From NCBI RefSeq assembly GCF_006345805.1, contig NC_043000.1:101060001-101124000 (forward strand): DNA of 64,000 nt, read 5' to 3'. The notes below the pieces were generated by a model. That model saw only the letters and a program-made list of their open reading frames with translations. It did not search any database and was not told where the DNA came from. Made by a program: the position numbers and the translations under genes. The stretch is from Octopus sinensis (Eukaryota). Every line of letters starts with the position of its first letter. The first letter of the stretch is position 1. Of this stretch, positions 1 through 13,003 are shown in pieces.

Positions 1-40
1 GTATATGTGAGTGTGTCAATATATTTTTTTTTTTTTTTTT

Positions 41-415
41 ACTTGTTTCAGTCATTTGACTGTGGCCATGCTGGAGCACCGCCTTTAATCGAGCAACTCG
101 ACCCCGGGACTTATTCTTTGTAAGCCCAGTACTTATTCTATTGCTAAGTGGCGGGGACATAAACACACCAGCATCGGTTGTCAAGCAATGCTAGGGGGAC
201 AAACACAGACACACAAACACACATGCACACACATATATATATACATATATACGACAGGCTTCTTTCAGTTTCCGTCTACCAAATCCACTCACAAGGCTTT
301 GGTCGGCCCAAGGCTATAGTAGAAGACACTTGCCCAAGGTGCCACGCAGTGGGACTGAACCCAGAACCATGTAGTTCGTAAGCAAGCTACTTACCACACA
401 GCCACTCCTGCGCCT
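41..415 (-). mobile_element. tRNA-derived SINE, family A (full length, young)
   Basis: Minus strand reads GGCGCAGGAGTGGCTGTGTGG (A-box-like) ... GGTTCAGTCCC (B-box-like), a central CCTTGGGCAAGTGTCTT core, an internal (TG/TA)n tract and a GACTGAAACAAGT tail. Near-identical copy at 43962-44365. Confidence 0.85.
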
Positions 416-1044
416 ATATATATATATGTAATAAAAAGTCAGGGTATAACGTGTATATATTGTAACCTGACTTTTTATTATGTATTTTACTTCTTTGAAT
501 TATGTTTGCTGGCCACTTTATCATTAATGTTATATATAATGATAACTTTTTCGAATCTTAAATGAATGTAAGTATGTATGTATATATGTGTGTGTGTGCA
601 TGCATACATGCGTGTGTGTGTATGATGGATAATAAAATGTGAGAGATCAATGCTAGATGCATCAAACAATTGTCATGATTAATAATTCTCATATTCCATC
701 TTTCATATATATATATAGTCACTATGAGGATATTTAGACCTCTTATAGGGATGTTTTTATCTAAGATACATTGGTTCTATATATTGTATTTTAAAGAGAC
801 ATTTCTTCAATGAATATACTATATAAAATATCATGAAATATCAATTATTATTATTAAGATCTAATGGATACAAATTAATTTATTAATTAATTAACATCTT
901 CACCTACAATTGCTTCATTTCACATCCAATTCAAACTACAAAACATATATAATATATAACCTTGCATTTCAAAATACCTTGGGTGTAAATCATCACGGCA
1001 TGCAAAGGGTATTTTCAAATGCAAGATTTAAAACAAAAAAAGAA

Positions 1045-1291
1045 CACGATTTCCTGTGACCATTGCCAGTACCGCCTGACTTGCCCTTGTGCCGGTGGTA
1101 CGTAAAAGCACCCACTACACTCTCGGAGTGGTTGGCGTTATGAAGGGCATCCAGCTGTAGAAACTCTGCCAAATCAAGATTGGAGCCTGGTGCAGCCATC
1201 TGGTTTGCCAGTCCTCAGTCAAATCGTCCAACCCATGCTAGCATGGAAAATGGACGTTAAACGACGACGACGACGATGATGATGATGATGA
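1045..1291 (+). mobile_element. SINE-like element with RTE-type 3' tail (family C)
   Basis: GAGTGGTTGGCGTTA..GAAGGGCATCCAGCTGTAGAAAC ... CCAACCCATGCTAGCATGGAAAA..GGACGTTAAA followed by (GAC/GAT)n. The same tail recurs more than ten times in the window. Confidence 0.8.
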
Positions 1292-1442
1292 TATGTTTTG
1301 TAGTTTAAATTGGATGTGAAATTAAACAATTGTAGGTGAAGATGTTAATTAATTGATAGATTAATTTGTATCTCTGTTTTCAAACTTAATAATAATATTA
1401 ATAATAATAACAATAATAATGATAATAATAATAATATATTAT

Positions 1443-2595
1443 TCAAATCAAAATAGATGAATATCAATGGAATTTGTATCTTGTGGTTCCAGTACCGGTG
1501 GCACACAAGAAAACCATCCGAACGTGGCCGTCGACTGGCCTCCGTGTGTGGGCACAACAAACACCATCTGATCGTGGGCGTTCGCCAGCCTCACCTGGCA
1601 CCTGTGTCGGTGGCACATAAAAACACACCACCATCCAAAGACCCGGCGACGTAGTCAGTCCACCTGTGCTTACCTTCCCTCTTATGACACTTGTGAGACC
1701 TGTTGAGGCAGAGGCAAGTGTGTGACACTTGTGAAGACCTGTTGAGGCAGAGGCAAGTGTGTGACACTTGTGGAGACCTGTTGAGGCAAGTGTGTGACAC
1801 GCGTGACACTTGTGAAGACCTGTTGAGGCAAGTGAAATCAAACCAAATCAAAATAGATGAACATCAATGGAATTTGTATCTTTGTGGTTCCAGTACCGGT
1901 GGCACACAAGAAAACCATCCGATCGTGGCCGTTCGCCAGCCACATCTGGCACCTGTGTCGGTGGCACATAAAGACACCATCCGAAGACCCGGCGACGTAG
2001 ACAGTCCACCTATGCATACCTTCCTTCTTGTGACACTTGTGAAGACCTGTTGAGGCAAGTGAAATCAAATCAAATCAAATCAAATCAAATCAAATCAAAA
2101 CAAATCAAAATAGATGAACATAAATGGAATTTGTATCTTTGTGGTACCAGTGCCGGTGGCACACAAGAAAATCATCCGAACGTGGCCGTAGCCAGTACCG
2201 CATAGACTGGCCTCCGTGCTTTGGGGACGTAACAAACACCATCCGATCGTGGCCGTCCGCCAGCCTCATCTGGCACCTGTGTCGGTGGCACATAAAAACA
2301 CCATCCGAGCGTGGCCGTCTGCCAGCCTCGTCTGGCACCTGTGTCGGTGGCACATAAAAACACCATCCGAGCGTGGCCGTTCGCCATCGTCTGGCACCTG
2401 TGTCGGTGGCACATAAAATCACCCACTACACTCTCGGAGTGGTTGGCGTTAGGAAGGGCATCCAGCTGTAGAAACACTGCCAGATCTGACTGGCCTGGTG
2501 CAGCCTTCGGGCTCCCCAGACCCCAGTTGAAACCGTCCAACCCATGCTAGCATGGAAAACGGACGCAAATGATGATGATGATGATGATGATGATA
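1443..2595 (+). mobile_element. Long composite family C element with head-to-tail internal units
   Basis: Three units begin AAATCAAAATAGATGAA.ATCAATGGAATTTG at about 1445, 1845 and 2101. Nested ~39-bp repeats (1685-1832) and 62-bp repeats (2260-2420). Ends in the family C tail plus (GAT)n. Inverted relative at 44875-45545. Confidence 0.8.
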
Positions 2596-2637
<42 letters not shown>

Positions 2638-2639
2638 GT

Positions 2640-2812
2640 GTATGTGAGTATCTTTGTGTTTGTTGTGCCCACACCACTGCTTGACAACCGGTGTTGGTTT
2701 GTTTACATCTCCATAAAAATAAAAGTATCAGGATAAATTTGTTCAACTAAACCCTTTAAGGCAGTGCCCCAGCATGGCCAGACTTACGACAAAGACAAGT
2801 GAAAGATACAAG
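2640..2812 (+). mobile_element. SINE family A, 3' half, degenerate
   Basis: GCTTGACAACCGGTGTTGGTTTGTTTAC ... GGCAGTGCCCCAGCATGGCC matches the 3' half of 41-415. Confidence 0.65.
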
Positions 2813-3477
2813 ATAAAAGACATCTGTGCATACACACACACATGCAAACATGAACAGTCTTCAAAGTACACACACACACACACACACATATGCACACATG
2901 CGTATAGTTTTCAAAATCATATTCATTATCTCATTTACACATACAAAGGGAAGCTGCTTATTGTGATCAATTTGGGTTGAAACCTTTGTGATATCCATAA
3001 CTGATGGATAATAGAACTATGGCATAATAAAAAAAGTATAAAATGTATATAATTAAGCAAAGAAAGTCTTAGGGACCCACTAGTTTTTATGACAATAAGC
3101 AATTAATACCATTCTTAATGGACATGACTGGTTTGTATTGTGTATAGAAATAAAACATAGATACACCCAATAATTACAAGCACACACACACACGTGCATG
3201 CTCACACACACATGAATGTGTGTATTCAAACTTGGGTGCATACACCAAACACAAATACACACAAACCCTCACACACAAACAAACTAATTCGGTGAAATAT
3301 GAAGAACAGGAGCAACATGAAATGAAGTATATCGGACATACATAAAATAAATATATCTAAACACATAAGCATACATGTATATATGTGTATATTATACACA
3401 CATATATATAGAAATAGACAGTTTGATAGAAAAACAGGCAGAGAGAGATGGGCAGACAACAGTCCGACTGACCAACT

Positions 3478-3523
3478 GATAGGTAGGTAGGTAGGTAGGT
3501 AGGTAGGTAGGTAGGTAGGTAGG

Positions 3524-3562
<39 letters not shown>

Positions 3563-3567
3563 TTAGG

Positions 3568-3635
<68 letters not shown>
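3478..3635. repeat. Compound tetranucleotide microsatellite (TAGG)n(TAGA)n(CAGA)n(TAGA)n
   Basis: Read directly from the sequence. Confidence 0.95.
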
Positions 3636-3715
3636 CAAGTTCATAAAAAAAATACATAGATAAGTAGGTTAATATACACACAAACATTCCACACACACAT
3701 ACTAGTACTCTAAAC

Positions 3716-3800
3716 ATTAGTCTCTGAGGTCAACTTTACCTTTCGTCCTTTCAGCGCCAATAAAAGATGTACCAGCCCAGGAAGGTGGATTGGTGGAACA
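3716..3800 (+). mobile_element. SINE family B core fragment
   Basis: GAGGTCAACTTTACCTTTCGTCCTTTC..GCC.ATAAAA matches the core of 59045-59441. Confidence 0.55.
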
Positions 3801-4125
3801 TTTTCAAAATCAGACCAAATGGCTTGTGATATATGTTCTGGCTTTTTCCATTCTGAACTCTAGCCATGCTCTACTTGGCTGGTTGCCTGATTTAATGCCA
3901 CCATCTCAAATCTTGGTACCTTTAATAGAGTCCCTTCTATTGCAAGTATTTGGGCCAGGTTCTTACCTCCTTCCTGCCCAAGGGTCTTTGAATCCCAATA
4001 AAGGGATATAGGCACCAGTGTGGTGGTGTCATAAAAAGTTTACTTCCTAACCTTGTGAGTGAATGAGTGAATATTAGAAAAAAACTGAAAGAAGACCATC
4101 ATGTTAGTATATCTATATATATATA

Positions 4126-4164
<39 letters not shown>

Positions 4165-4779
4165 TTCATTTTTAGATTTGGTTTGCAAGATTCTCTATGT
4201 GAGTTTGTGTGTTGAAGTATATTCTGTTGTGTCTGGGGAGAGTCATTTTCTTTTTGTGCTTTATACTGGTGAGTGTGTTAAATTATAAGGCACAAAAAGA
4301 AAATGACACTCCCCAGACACAACAGTATATATATATATGTAATTACATATATATATATCAGGCATGTGCTGTCAGTAATTACTCAGGATAGGCAGTTGGT
4401 GACCTTTATGTAGTAAAACACACAAAAAATAAGCAAAATATAGGTGCACAACTGAGTTGAAGACAGATCTATTTCTGCCTTTATAGCAAGTAAAGAAAAC
4501 AGTGTTGTAAGAATGTACACAGCAGCACTATACATAGCTTAAATACTGAGATTGAAAAGCAGGGGCAAATTATGCCTAATCTATAAATGGATAAAATAAT
4601 TTGCATTTTATGCATATTAATCAGAGTAACCTTTATAATTTTATTGAATTAGGTGCATATTTTGCCATAAAAGGAAAATGTTGCTATTGATCTATTTTAT
4701 TCAAGGTAGGCACTGCTTACCTTGCCTACCCAGGAGGCATGTCTCTGATATGTGTGTGTGTGTGTGTGTTTGTATTTGT

Positions 4780-4995
4780 GTGTGTGAGTGTTTATGTTGG
4801 TCCCCCATCACAGCTTTAGAACTGGTGGTGGTTTCTTTACCTTCCATTAACTTAACATTTCAGCAAAACAGACCAATAGGATGAGCACCAGATTTTTGAA
4901 AAACAAAAACAAAACCAAAACAAACAAACAACAAAACAAGTACTGGGAGTGCTCCATCATGGGCTGCAGTCTAATGACTGAAACAAGCAAAAGAC
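4780..4995 (+). mobile_element. SINE family A, 3' half, degenerate
   Basis: Ends GTGCTCCATCATGGGCTGCAGTCTAATGACTGAAACAAG. Confidence 0.55.
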
Positions 4996-5445
4996 AAAAA
5001 TTGAATATAAACATAAACGATGAAAGATGAAGAAAAGACGCAATGAAAGCAGCATAAAGGAATTCTTACACACATGAACACACTAACAAATATTAATACA
5101 CACACACAACATTTCCACACACACGCACACATACACACATACTCTTTCTCAGGCACACATATATGGTTGTACATAAATACACAATGAAATCAGAACCGAG
5201 GTAATTTTGAGAAGAAATCTAATTCTAGTTCTAATTTATCTGTGGAAATTGGTTACAACCACTCCCACTGGCACACATACACACACACACACACATATAC
5301 AAACATATAAAATCATACATACATCCATACATATGTGCACAAACACTTATACACACAAACATGCAGATATAAATTTATACATTATATATATATATATATG
5401 CGCACACCCGTAGACTCACTAACACTCAGGTATAACACTATACAC

Positions 5446-5495
<50 letters not shown>

Positions 5496-5755
5496 TTTTG
5501 TGTATATATATATATATATATATATACATACACACATCATGTTCCTATTTTAGATGACAATAATTTTCATCTTGGCTATTGTCAGAGAATCCTTGTCCAA
5601 TCAAGTTTTATAATTGAAAATGAACTCTAACCAATGTTTGGTTCATAGATTGGCACTGGAGAGGAAGGAGAGATAGAGACAGAGGGAGTGAAAGATGGAT
5701 GAGAGAAAGGCGGAGAGAAAAGGAGTTGATTAAGCAGGACAGAGTAATGCAGTGG

Positions 5756-5787
<32 letters not shown>

Positions 5788-5886
5788 AAATGAGATAATA
5801 AGTGAATGAAAGAGATTATGAAGCGGTCTATGAGATACATACATATATACACAAACATACATAATGAGATATTTCTATGCTCACAC

Positions 5887-5919
5887 AGATGATGATGATG
5901 GTGGTGGTAGTGGTGGTGG

Positions 5920-5950
<31 letters not shown>

Positions 5951-5979
5951 AGTGTTGGTTGCTGATATAATGATGGTCG

Positions 5980-6010
<31 letters not shown>

Positions 6011-6023
6011 GGTGATGATGATG
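5887..6023. repeat. (GAT)n/(GGT)n/(GTT)n trinucleotide mosaic
   Basis: Read directly; explains the poly-I/T/N ORF at 5828-6157. Confidence 0.9.
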
Positions 6024-6432
6024 ACACTTTGAAGGTGGTGAATTGGCCGAGTAATCAGATAGACTGATTTGTGATAATTTGTTCCAACATTTTGTACCCT
6101 GAGTTCAATCTTGCCTAGGTCAACTTCACTTAACATTGATCCTTTCAGGGTCAACAATGCAAAAAAAAAAAAAAAAATTAATCAAATCAGAAAAAGTAAC
6201 AACCCGAAGTGGTAAAGCTAGTGAAGTGTTAAAGAGCCAGGCAAGATCTTCTGCAGTATATATTAAGGTGCTCTACATTTTGATAGTAACACTTACAATA
6301 ACATATCAAGCTGTCTTATCCAAGATATTGGTATTTCCTTTGAATAAACATCAGTAGTACTGAGGGGGAAGGCTCACACCCATAAGCAACTGTCAGTCTT
6401 CCCTCAAGGCCAAATATCATACACAAGTATGG

Positions 6433-6640
6433 CTCTTGGTGCAGGCATGGCTGTGTGGTAAGAAATTTGCTTACTAACACATGGTTCTAGGCTCAGTCCC
6501 ACTGTGTGACACCTTGGGCAAGTGTCTTCTACTATAACCAAGAGCCAACCAAAGCTTTGTGAGGCGATTTGGGAGACGGACACTGAAAGGGGCCCATCAT
6601 ATATATGTGTGTGTGTGTGTGTGTGTGCGTGTGTGTGATT
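6433..6640 (+). mobile_element. SINE family A, 5' half
   Basis: GGTGCAGGCATGGCTGTGTGGTAAG ... GGCTCAGTCCCACTG..GACACCTTGGGCAAGTGTCTTCTACTATA. Confidence 0.75.
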
Positions 6641-7075
6641 ATAACTGCCAAAACGAATTTCTGTGTGTCCGTGTGTCACACTTTGACCTCCTCTCTCACT
6701 ATTCAATGACACTTCTTCTATTCCTCTTGCTGGAGTGAGGGTAATAGTAGGCATAGAGATGGTGAGGGTGGTAGTAGATTGATAGTTGAGATGGTAATGG
6801 GGTGATAGTATTAGTATGAGATGTAGTTGTGATAGAGGGGAAGGCAACAGTGATGATGGTGGTGGTGGTGGTGGTGGTGGTGGTGGTGGTAGCTGAGGCA
6901 GTCAAGCATGATGGTGATACTAAGGGATGTGAAAGACAGTGGTGATGGTGGTGGAGGGAAAGGTGGCAAAGTCAAAGGTGTTGATGATGGTGGCATCAAA
7001 AGTCTGAATGGTGTGTCTATGGCAATTGTCGTGGCAATGGTGGTTGTACTGGTGATGATGATGGTTGAAAACAAC

Positions 7076-7114
<39 letters not shown>

Positions 7115-7459
7115 GAATGAAAGAGGTTTGACGGAAAAAAAATTGTACTGACTCACCATATGGGAAGACAAAAAATGTTGCTTATCATGAAGCTTTGTAA
7201 TAAGTTCCAAGTCAACATATATGGCTGCAGTTAAATGACTAAAACAAGTAAAAGATTAAAAGATTAAGATTACGTACTCAATGCATGAAGTATCATTATT
7301 GGGCTCAAGGCCCAATGAAGAGCCCCCCACAGAAGCTAGTTTAAAAGCCACCTGATAGAGTTTTAAGCTAGTTGTACATATCTAAGTCAAATTGTATTTG
7401 GCCATAACAAGTTTGATTTTTTTAAAAATGTTCCAAACTTTTAATCACAAGCTATATAT

Positions 7460-7900
7460 ACACAGACATGCAGGAAGTAAATAGACACCTTTAATTTTCA
7501 AATTTTTTTATTTGTTATTAATTGGTTGAAGGAGAGGTTTTCTTCTAGATGCTCGTCTATAATACCCAAGCTTATGCAGATATGTAACACACGTTCTTGG
7601 ACTAACTTCTAGCTGTTTTGCAATGTCAGAAGCCTTCAAACGGGGTTCGTTTTCCACAATTCTCTTCAAACAGTGAAGTTTCCTTTCCGATGGCCCAGGA
7701 TGGCTGAGACAAGAATCTGTTGATTCTTTTCCTTGGCTTTTGAATTGCACTATAATTCTATTAACAGTAGCAAGAGGAATTTGAAGATTTTCGGTAATTT
7801 TTCACTAGCTAAGACCAGCCTCAGTTTGCCCAACAATACGATGTCTTTGAAAATCTGACAGTTCTGCTGAATTTTTTGTGCGTGGCACATCATATATATG
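7460..7900 (-). mobile_element. Tc1/mariner transposon remnant (transposase N-terminal HTH fragment)
   Basis: ORF 7508-7750 contains [45 protein letters not shown], resembling the Tc1 second HTH plus the R..RKP linker. No DDE domain is present, so the element is internally deleted. Confidence 0.75.
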
Positions 7901-7917
7901 TATACAAGTATATATAT

Positions 7918-8308
7918 TCTTTGACTTATTTCAGTGATTTGACTAGTCATGCTGGAGCAGCACTTTTACTCAAACAAATTGACTCCAGGACTCATTCTTT
8001 GCAAGCTTAGTACTTATTCTATTGGCTTCTTTTGCCAAACCACTATGTTACAGGGATGTAAACACACCAACATCGGTTGTCAAGTGATGTGGGAGGACAA
8101 ACACAGGCACACAAATACACACACATACACACACACACACACAAACACACATATATGACAGGCTTCTTTCAGCTTCCGTCTACCAAATCTACTCACATGA
8201 CTTTGGTCAGCCCAAGGCAAGACACTTGCCCAAGGTGTCACACAATGGGACTGAACCTGGAAGTATGTGGTTGGGAAGCAAGCTTCTTACTACCCAGCCA
8301 TGCCTGCA
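7918..8308 (-). mobile_element. SINE family A, full length, older
   Basis: Colinear with 41-415, with many CpG-type changes. Confidence 0.8.
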
Positions 8309-8384
8309 TATATGTGTGTGTGTGGTGTGTGTGTGTGTGTGTGCATGTGTGTGTGTGTGTGTTAGTGTCTTCTAGCCTTGATAT

Positions 8385-8610
8385 TGCATCATGGTAGTAA
8401 ATGAGCATTACCAAAGTCTTTCATTTCCAATTTTCTGAGAAAATGTGTCTGACCATGGGTAATGTTACCTTATTGAGAAATAGGTGATGGTTGGCAACAG
8501 GAAGAGTATCTGGCTGTGGGAAAATCTACCTTAACAAATTCCATCCGACTTGTGTGAGCCTGGAAAAGTAAATGTTAAAACAATGATTATGCTGATGATG
8601 ATGGTGATTT
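8385..8610 (+). mobile_element. Family C variant (different upstream body), degenerate
   Basis: GATGGTTGGCAACAGGAAGAGTATCTGGCTG ... GGAAAAGTAAATGTTAAAAC..(GAT)n. Related inverted copy at about 11800-11960. Confidence 0.5.
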
Positions 8611-8699
8611 AATGCACTGCAACATCTTTGAAATAAAAAGCTCACAATGGAGAATTCAACAGAGGTTTAAAATAACTGCTGAGATATTATGCTGGTGCT

Positions 8700-9026
8700 A
8701 ATGATGATGATGGTGGTGGTGGTGGTGGCGGCGGCGGCGGCAGCGGTGGTGGTGGTGGTGATAGTGGTGATGATGATAGTGGTGGTGGTTGTGGTGGTGG
8801 TGATAGTGGTGATGACGATGACGATGACAATGATGATGGTGATGATGATATGATGGTGATGATGACAATTTTGATGATGATGATGATGATGATGGTGGTG
8901 ATAATAACAATGGTGATGATTATGACACTGGTGGTTGTGGTGTTGGTGGTGGTGGTGGTGGTGGTGGTGGTGGTGGTGCTGTTGCTGCTGCTGCTGCTGC
9001 TGATGATGATGATAATGTTGATAACC

Positions 9027-9060
<34 letters not shown>

Positions 9061-9090
9061 CAGTGATGATGTTAATGTTGTTGTTAATGC
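8700..9090. repeat. (GAT)n/(GGT)n/(GCT)n low-complexity tract
   Basis: Read directly; explains the ORFs at 8687-9191. Confidence 0.95.
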
Positions 9091-9240
9091 AAGGTCATAT
9101 CTGGTCAAGCAGGACCTCAGTGGAAATCATTCAAGTCAAACTTGACAATTCTGTTCTTTTCTATATCAAGGAACACCATTGTTTGCTTTAAGACACTAAG
9201 CTATGTGTGATTAGAGAGATTTGGGTACTATTTCTCTCTC
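9090..9240 (-). mobile_element. Interspersed repeat family E (AGAAATAGCAGCCAAAT-type)
   Basis: Related copies at about 9500-9670 (+), 12160-12290 (-), 12605-12690 (-), 21060-21230 (-), 57120-57300 (+) and 63690-63740 (+). Confidence 0.5.
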
Positions 9241-9784
9241 TTCGAGTAACCATTTGGAGATTCTCTCTTTGATGTTGATGTCGATGGTGGTGGTCATGGT
9301 GGTAGTGGTGGTGGAAGCATTTTCTAATGGATCTTACGAGTGATTATACACCCACGCCATCCTTAGTTTCCCTTTTTTTAAATTACTTTTTCCTTTAATT
9401 TCTATTTCTTTGATTAATTAAAATCCAGATACCTGTTTCATTATTAAATTCACAAAAGGCTGCTATCTTAACATGTCAGCATGCAAGTCTTTATGGGGTT
9501 GTTAAGTCTGCTAGAAATAACAGTCAAATTTCCTTAAAATCACATCTCACCTTCTTATAGAGAATAGGCATATTTTCTTTTATAATACTGAACCATGAAG
9601 CCCTTTTGCCAGAAATAGAAGCCAAACTCTCTGTCAAATCATGCTCTGCTATCAGCAGAAGAGAAAATGACAATAAAAATTAAATAGGAGGAGGGAAGGT
9701 GTTATGTATTCATGTATGCATGTATGTATGTATATATGTGTATGTGCATGTATATATATGTGTGTGTGTATATATATATATATC

Positions 9785-9837
<53 letters not shown>

Positions 9838-9842
<5 letters not shown>

Positions 9843-9993
9843 TCATCATCATCATCATCGTTTAACGTCCGTTCTCCATGCTAGCATGGGTTGGACGGTT
9901 CGACCGGGGTTCTGGGAAGCCAGAAGGCTGCACCAGGCTCCAGTCTAATCTGGCAATGTTTCTACAGCTGGATGCCCTTCCTAACGCCAACCA
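9838..9993 (-). mobile_element. Family C tail
   Basis: (CAT)n-CGTTTAACGTCCG..TCCATGCTAGCATGGGTTGGACGG ... CTACAGCTGGATGCCCTTCCTAACGCCAACCA. Confidence 0.85.
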
Positions 9994-10424
9994 TATGTGA
10001 ATATATATATATATTTATATATATATATATGTATGCTCAAAACATTAAATTCTCTCCTTTTACCAATCATCAAGCTAATACAATTATTATTGTCTGTTTA
10101 TTTGAATTTACTATATATATATGTTTGTGTGTGTATGTATGTATATGTACACACACACACACACATACAAACATATATATATTTGGATTAAAGCTTGTTC
10201 ATTCCATCTTGCTGTATTATAGAATTTTTTCTATGAATTCTGCAGATACTAACAGATTTCCACATCTATAAATAGTAAAAGGAGAATTCCAGTTATATGA
10301 TAGCATATGGTAGCCATTACCTATGGAACCTAGTGCAGCTCCCCAGTTTACCATTTCTCAGTCAAACTGTCCGACCCACACCAGCATGGAAAACGGTCAT
10401 TAAATGATAGTGATGATGATTATA

Positions 10425-10630
10425 TATAGTTGAAATTTCCAGAAAAACAAAAGATGAAGACTGGTGTATAAACAACAAGCAGGTGTATTAATTTGACGCT
10501 TGGGAAGGTGAAAAATCTTTTATGTTTTGAGCCTATGCTCTTCAACAGTAAGGAACATGAGGAAATAAACAGGGAGAGAATAAAGACAGGGTGAAAATAA
10601 AAAATCTTTTTGAGTTAGCGGTCAAATATA
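10425..10630 (-). mobile_element. Short TA-flanked element with hammerhead-like motif (PLE pseudo-LTR-like)
   Basis: Homologous to 32590-32790 and 45570-45780; flanked by TA-rich runs. Confidence 0.65.
10517..10552 (-). ncRNA. Degenerate minimal hammerhead-ribozyme-like motif
   Basis: Minus strand: CTTA CTGTTGA A GAGC ATAG GCTC AAAAC ATA AAAG; G12 and G16.2 are lost at CpG sites. Confidence 0.45.
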
Positions 10631-10654
10631 ATATATACATACACTGACAGACTG

Positions 10655-10815
10655 GGTTTCCTCACAGTTTCCATCAACCAGTTTTACTTACATGATATTG
10701 ACCAGTTTGAGGCTAATGTAGAAGACACTTGGCTAAAGGTCCGGTAGAGTGGGATGGAACCTCAAAACACACAGCTGCGAAGTAAACTTTTTGAACACAG
10801 AGCCATAACTGCAGC
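10655..10815 (-). mobile_element. SINE family A, 5' half, degenerate
   Basis: GTAGAAGACACTTGGC.AAAGG ... ACACAGCCATAACTGC. Confidence 0.6.
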
Positions 10816-11124
10816 CATTATTATAAATTTTTGTTTAACTCTCAGCATCTCATCTCACACAATTTTCTATTGACATGTCAGAATAAAACCCAGCTGCTGG
10901 AAAGAGAGACATTACTATCTTGATGTACAAATTAAACTCGTAGATTCTGTCCTCGCTCCAAGAAGAAGCACCAATAAATCAATGTAGTTTAATTGGTTAA
11001 ATGTTTGATTCCTTGTACATTCGAAGCAGGTTTCATTTAATCTTAGTTTTCATGACTTTACCAAAGTTTTATTCCTGTCCGTTGATCTATCGATGAAAGT
11101 CTGTAATAGAAATGGTAGACGATG

Positions 11125-11290
11125 CTTCTGTGGGGTGGATTGGTAGAATAGTTAAAGCACCAAACAAAATTTCAAGTAATATATATTTATGATCTTTTCC
11201 ATTAAGAGTTCAAATCTCAACAAATTCAAGTTTTTGATTTCCATTCTTCTTGGAGAGGTGGGATGGATAAAAGAAATGTCAGTCATGTAT
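11125..11290 (+). mobile_element. SINE family B, degenerate
   Basis: AGAGTTCAAATCTC..CAAATTCAAGTTTTTGATTTCCATTCTTC..GGAG..GGATAAAA. Confidence 0.45.
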
Positions 11291-11389
11291 CAGGTTTGGA
11301 AAACCAGCTATTTCCTTCCTTGCCAAAATCTTAAGTTAGTTGCCTATGTGGGAAGAGAGTTTATTTCTGTCTAAGAATTACTCAACAAT

Positions 11390-11780
11390 GTCATCGTCAT
11401 CATTGTCAGTGTCAAGGTTGGCAGCTTTGGCAGCATCGGTGGCATTAATGGCATTGGTGTCAATGCACTAGTGGCATTGGTGTTGGTAGCATCGGCATCA
11501 GTGGCATTGGCATCAGTGGCATTGGCATCGGTGACATCAGTGGTGTTGGTGGTGTTGGTGGCGTCAGTGGCATCAGCATTGATGGCATCAGCATTGGTGA
11601 TGTTGGCATGGGTGGCATCAGTGTCAGTGGCCTTGAGGTCGGTGGCATCAACAGCATTGGTGGCATCAGCATCTGCATCAGTGACATCAGCATTGGCGAT
11701 GGTGGCATCAGCATCAGTGCCGTTGGTGGCATCGGCATCTATGGCATTGGTGGTGTTGGCAACGGTAGCATCATCATCCA
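11390..11780 (-). repeat. Degenerate GATGCC(ACC/AAT) 6-9-mer repeat with stop-free frames
   Basis: Minus ORF 11371-11781 encodes (DAT/NAT/DAD)n; other frames are also open. Confidence 0.8.
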
Positions 11781-12834
11781 TTTTACTATGTTTGTATGGG
11801 TCAGATGAAATTTGCTGAAGCAGATTTTCTGTGACTGGATGCTCTTTCTGTCACCAACCCTCACCTGTTTCCTAGCAAAGTAGTATTTCTTCATGGCCAG
11901 ACATGTTTTTCATGAAAGACTGGCTACAAGCAACATCACTTCTGTGATAATGCTGCTTGTTTGTCATCATGTCAATACAAAGATGCACAGAAACACACAT
12001 TCACACACACACACACACACTTGTATATACAATGGGCTTCTTTCAGTTTCCATTTACCAAATCCATTTGCAAGTACAACACAGTGAAACTGAACCTACAA
12101 CCATGTGGTTTGGAAGCAAGCTTCTTACCTCTAAACAAGCACTCATCAAGCAGTATGATGATCATAGACATTCCAAAGATGACCATCCTGTAGTTTTAAG
12201 AGTATCCAGGACTACATTGTCCACTGTATCTATTTAAAAAAAAGAAAACAATATGACTGTGATTTGAAAGAAATTTCACTGCTATTTCTGGCATGCCATG
12301 CAACCACATAGAGGCTCCCTCATTAGCTCAGGTATAATGTTGTTGATTGTGATGGTGATAGGATTGACTAATTATGATGGTATTGATGGTATGTATAGTG
12401 AAAATAGTAGAAATGGTAGAAACAACTGTGATGGTGGTGGTCATGGTGATGATGGTTGTGGTGGTACTGCTGGGGATAGTTATTGTTTAACCCTCTTCAA
12501 CCCTCCCCCAAAGTTAACCATAATTGATGAGGCCCATAATCAAAGACATTCAAGCCTAGTTGTGACTGTTCCTTCTTATCTGTGGCAACATCATCCAGTG
12601 TGAATCTAACCATTATTTTTATTTAAGCTTAAGACAGTACTGGTGAGATTTTAGGGAGATTTATTTACTATTTGTAGGAAATCAAGCAATTATGAGAAAA
12701 ACTCATTCTCTCTCTCTCTTGTCGACTTGTTGCAGAGATAGCAGTGTTAGTAGATGGTCAATGTCCAGACTTGACTGTTGTAGATGGTGTGATCTTTTGT
12801 TCTTTGTTCGAGAAAATTCTGTGCTTTACAAAAA

Positions 12835-12845
12835 TAGATAAATAA

Positions 12846-12928
<83 letters not shown>

Positions 12929-13003
12929 CATACATACATACATACATACATACATACATACATACATACATACATACATACAACATACATACATACATAC
13001 ATA
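12835..13003. repeat. (GATA)n(CATA)n microsatellite
   Basis: Read directly from the sequence. Confidence 0.95.

Noticed and set aside
1590-2420. Regularly spaced direct repeats superficially like a CRISPR array
   Set aside because: The DNA is eukaryotic, the intervening sequence is itself repeated (no unique spacers), and no cas genes are present.
10880-11110. Short protein-looking frames on both strands in unique sequence
   Set aside because: Under 45 aa, with no family match I can recognise and no consistent splice signals.
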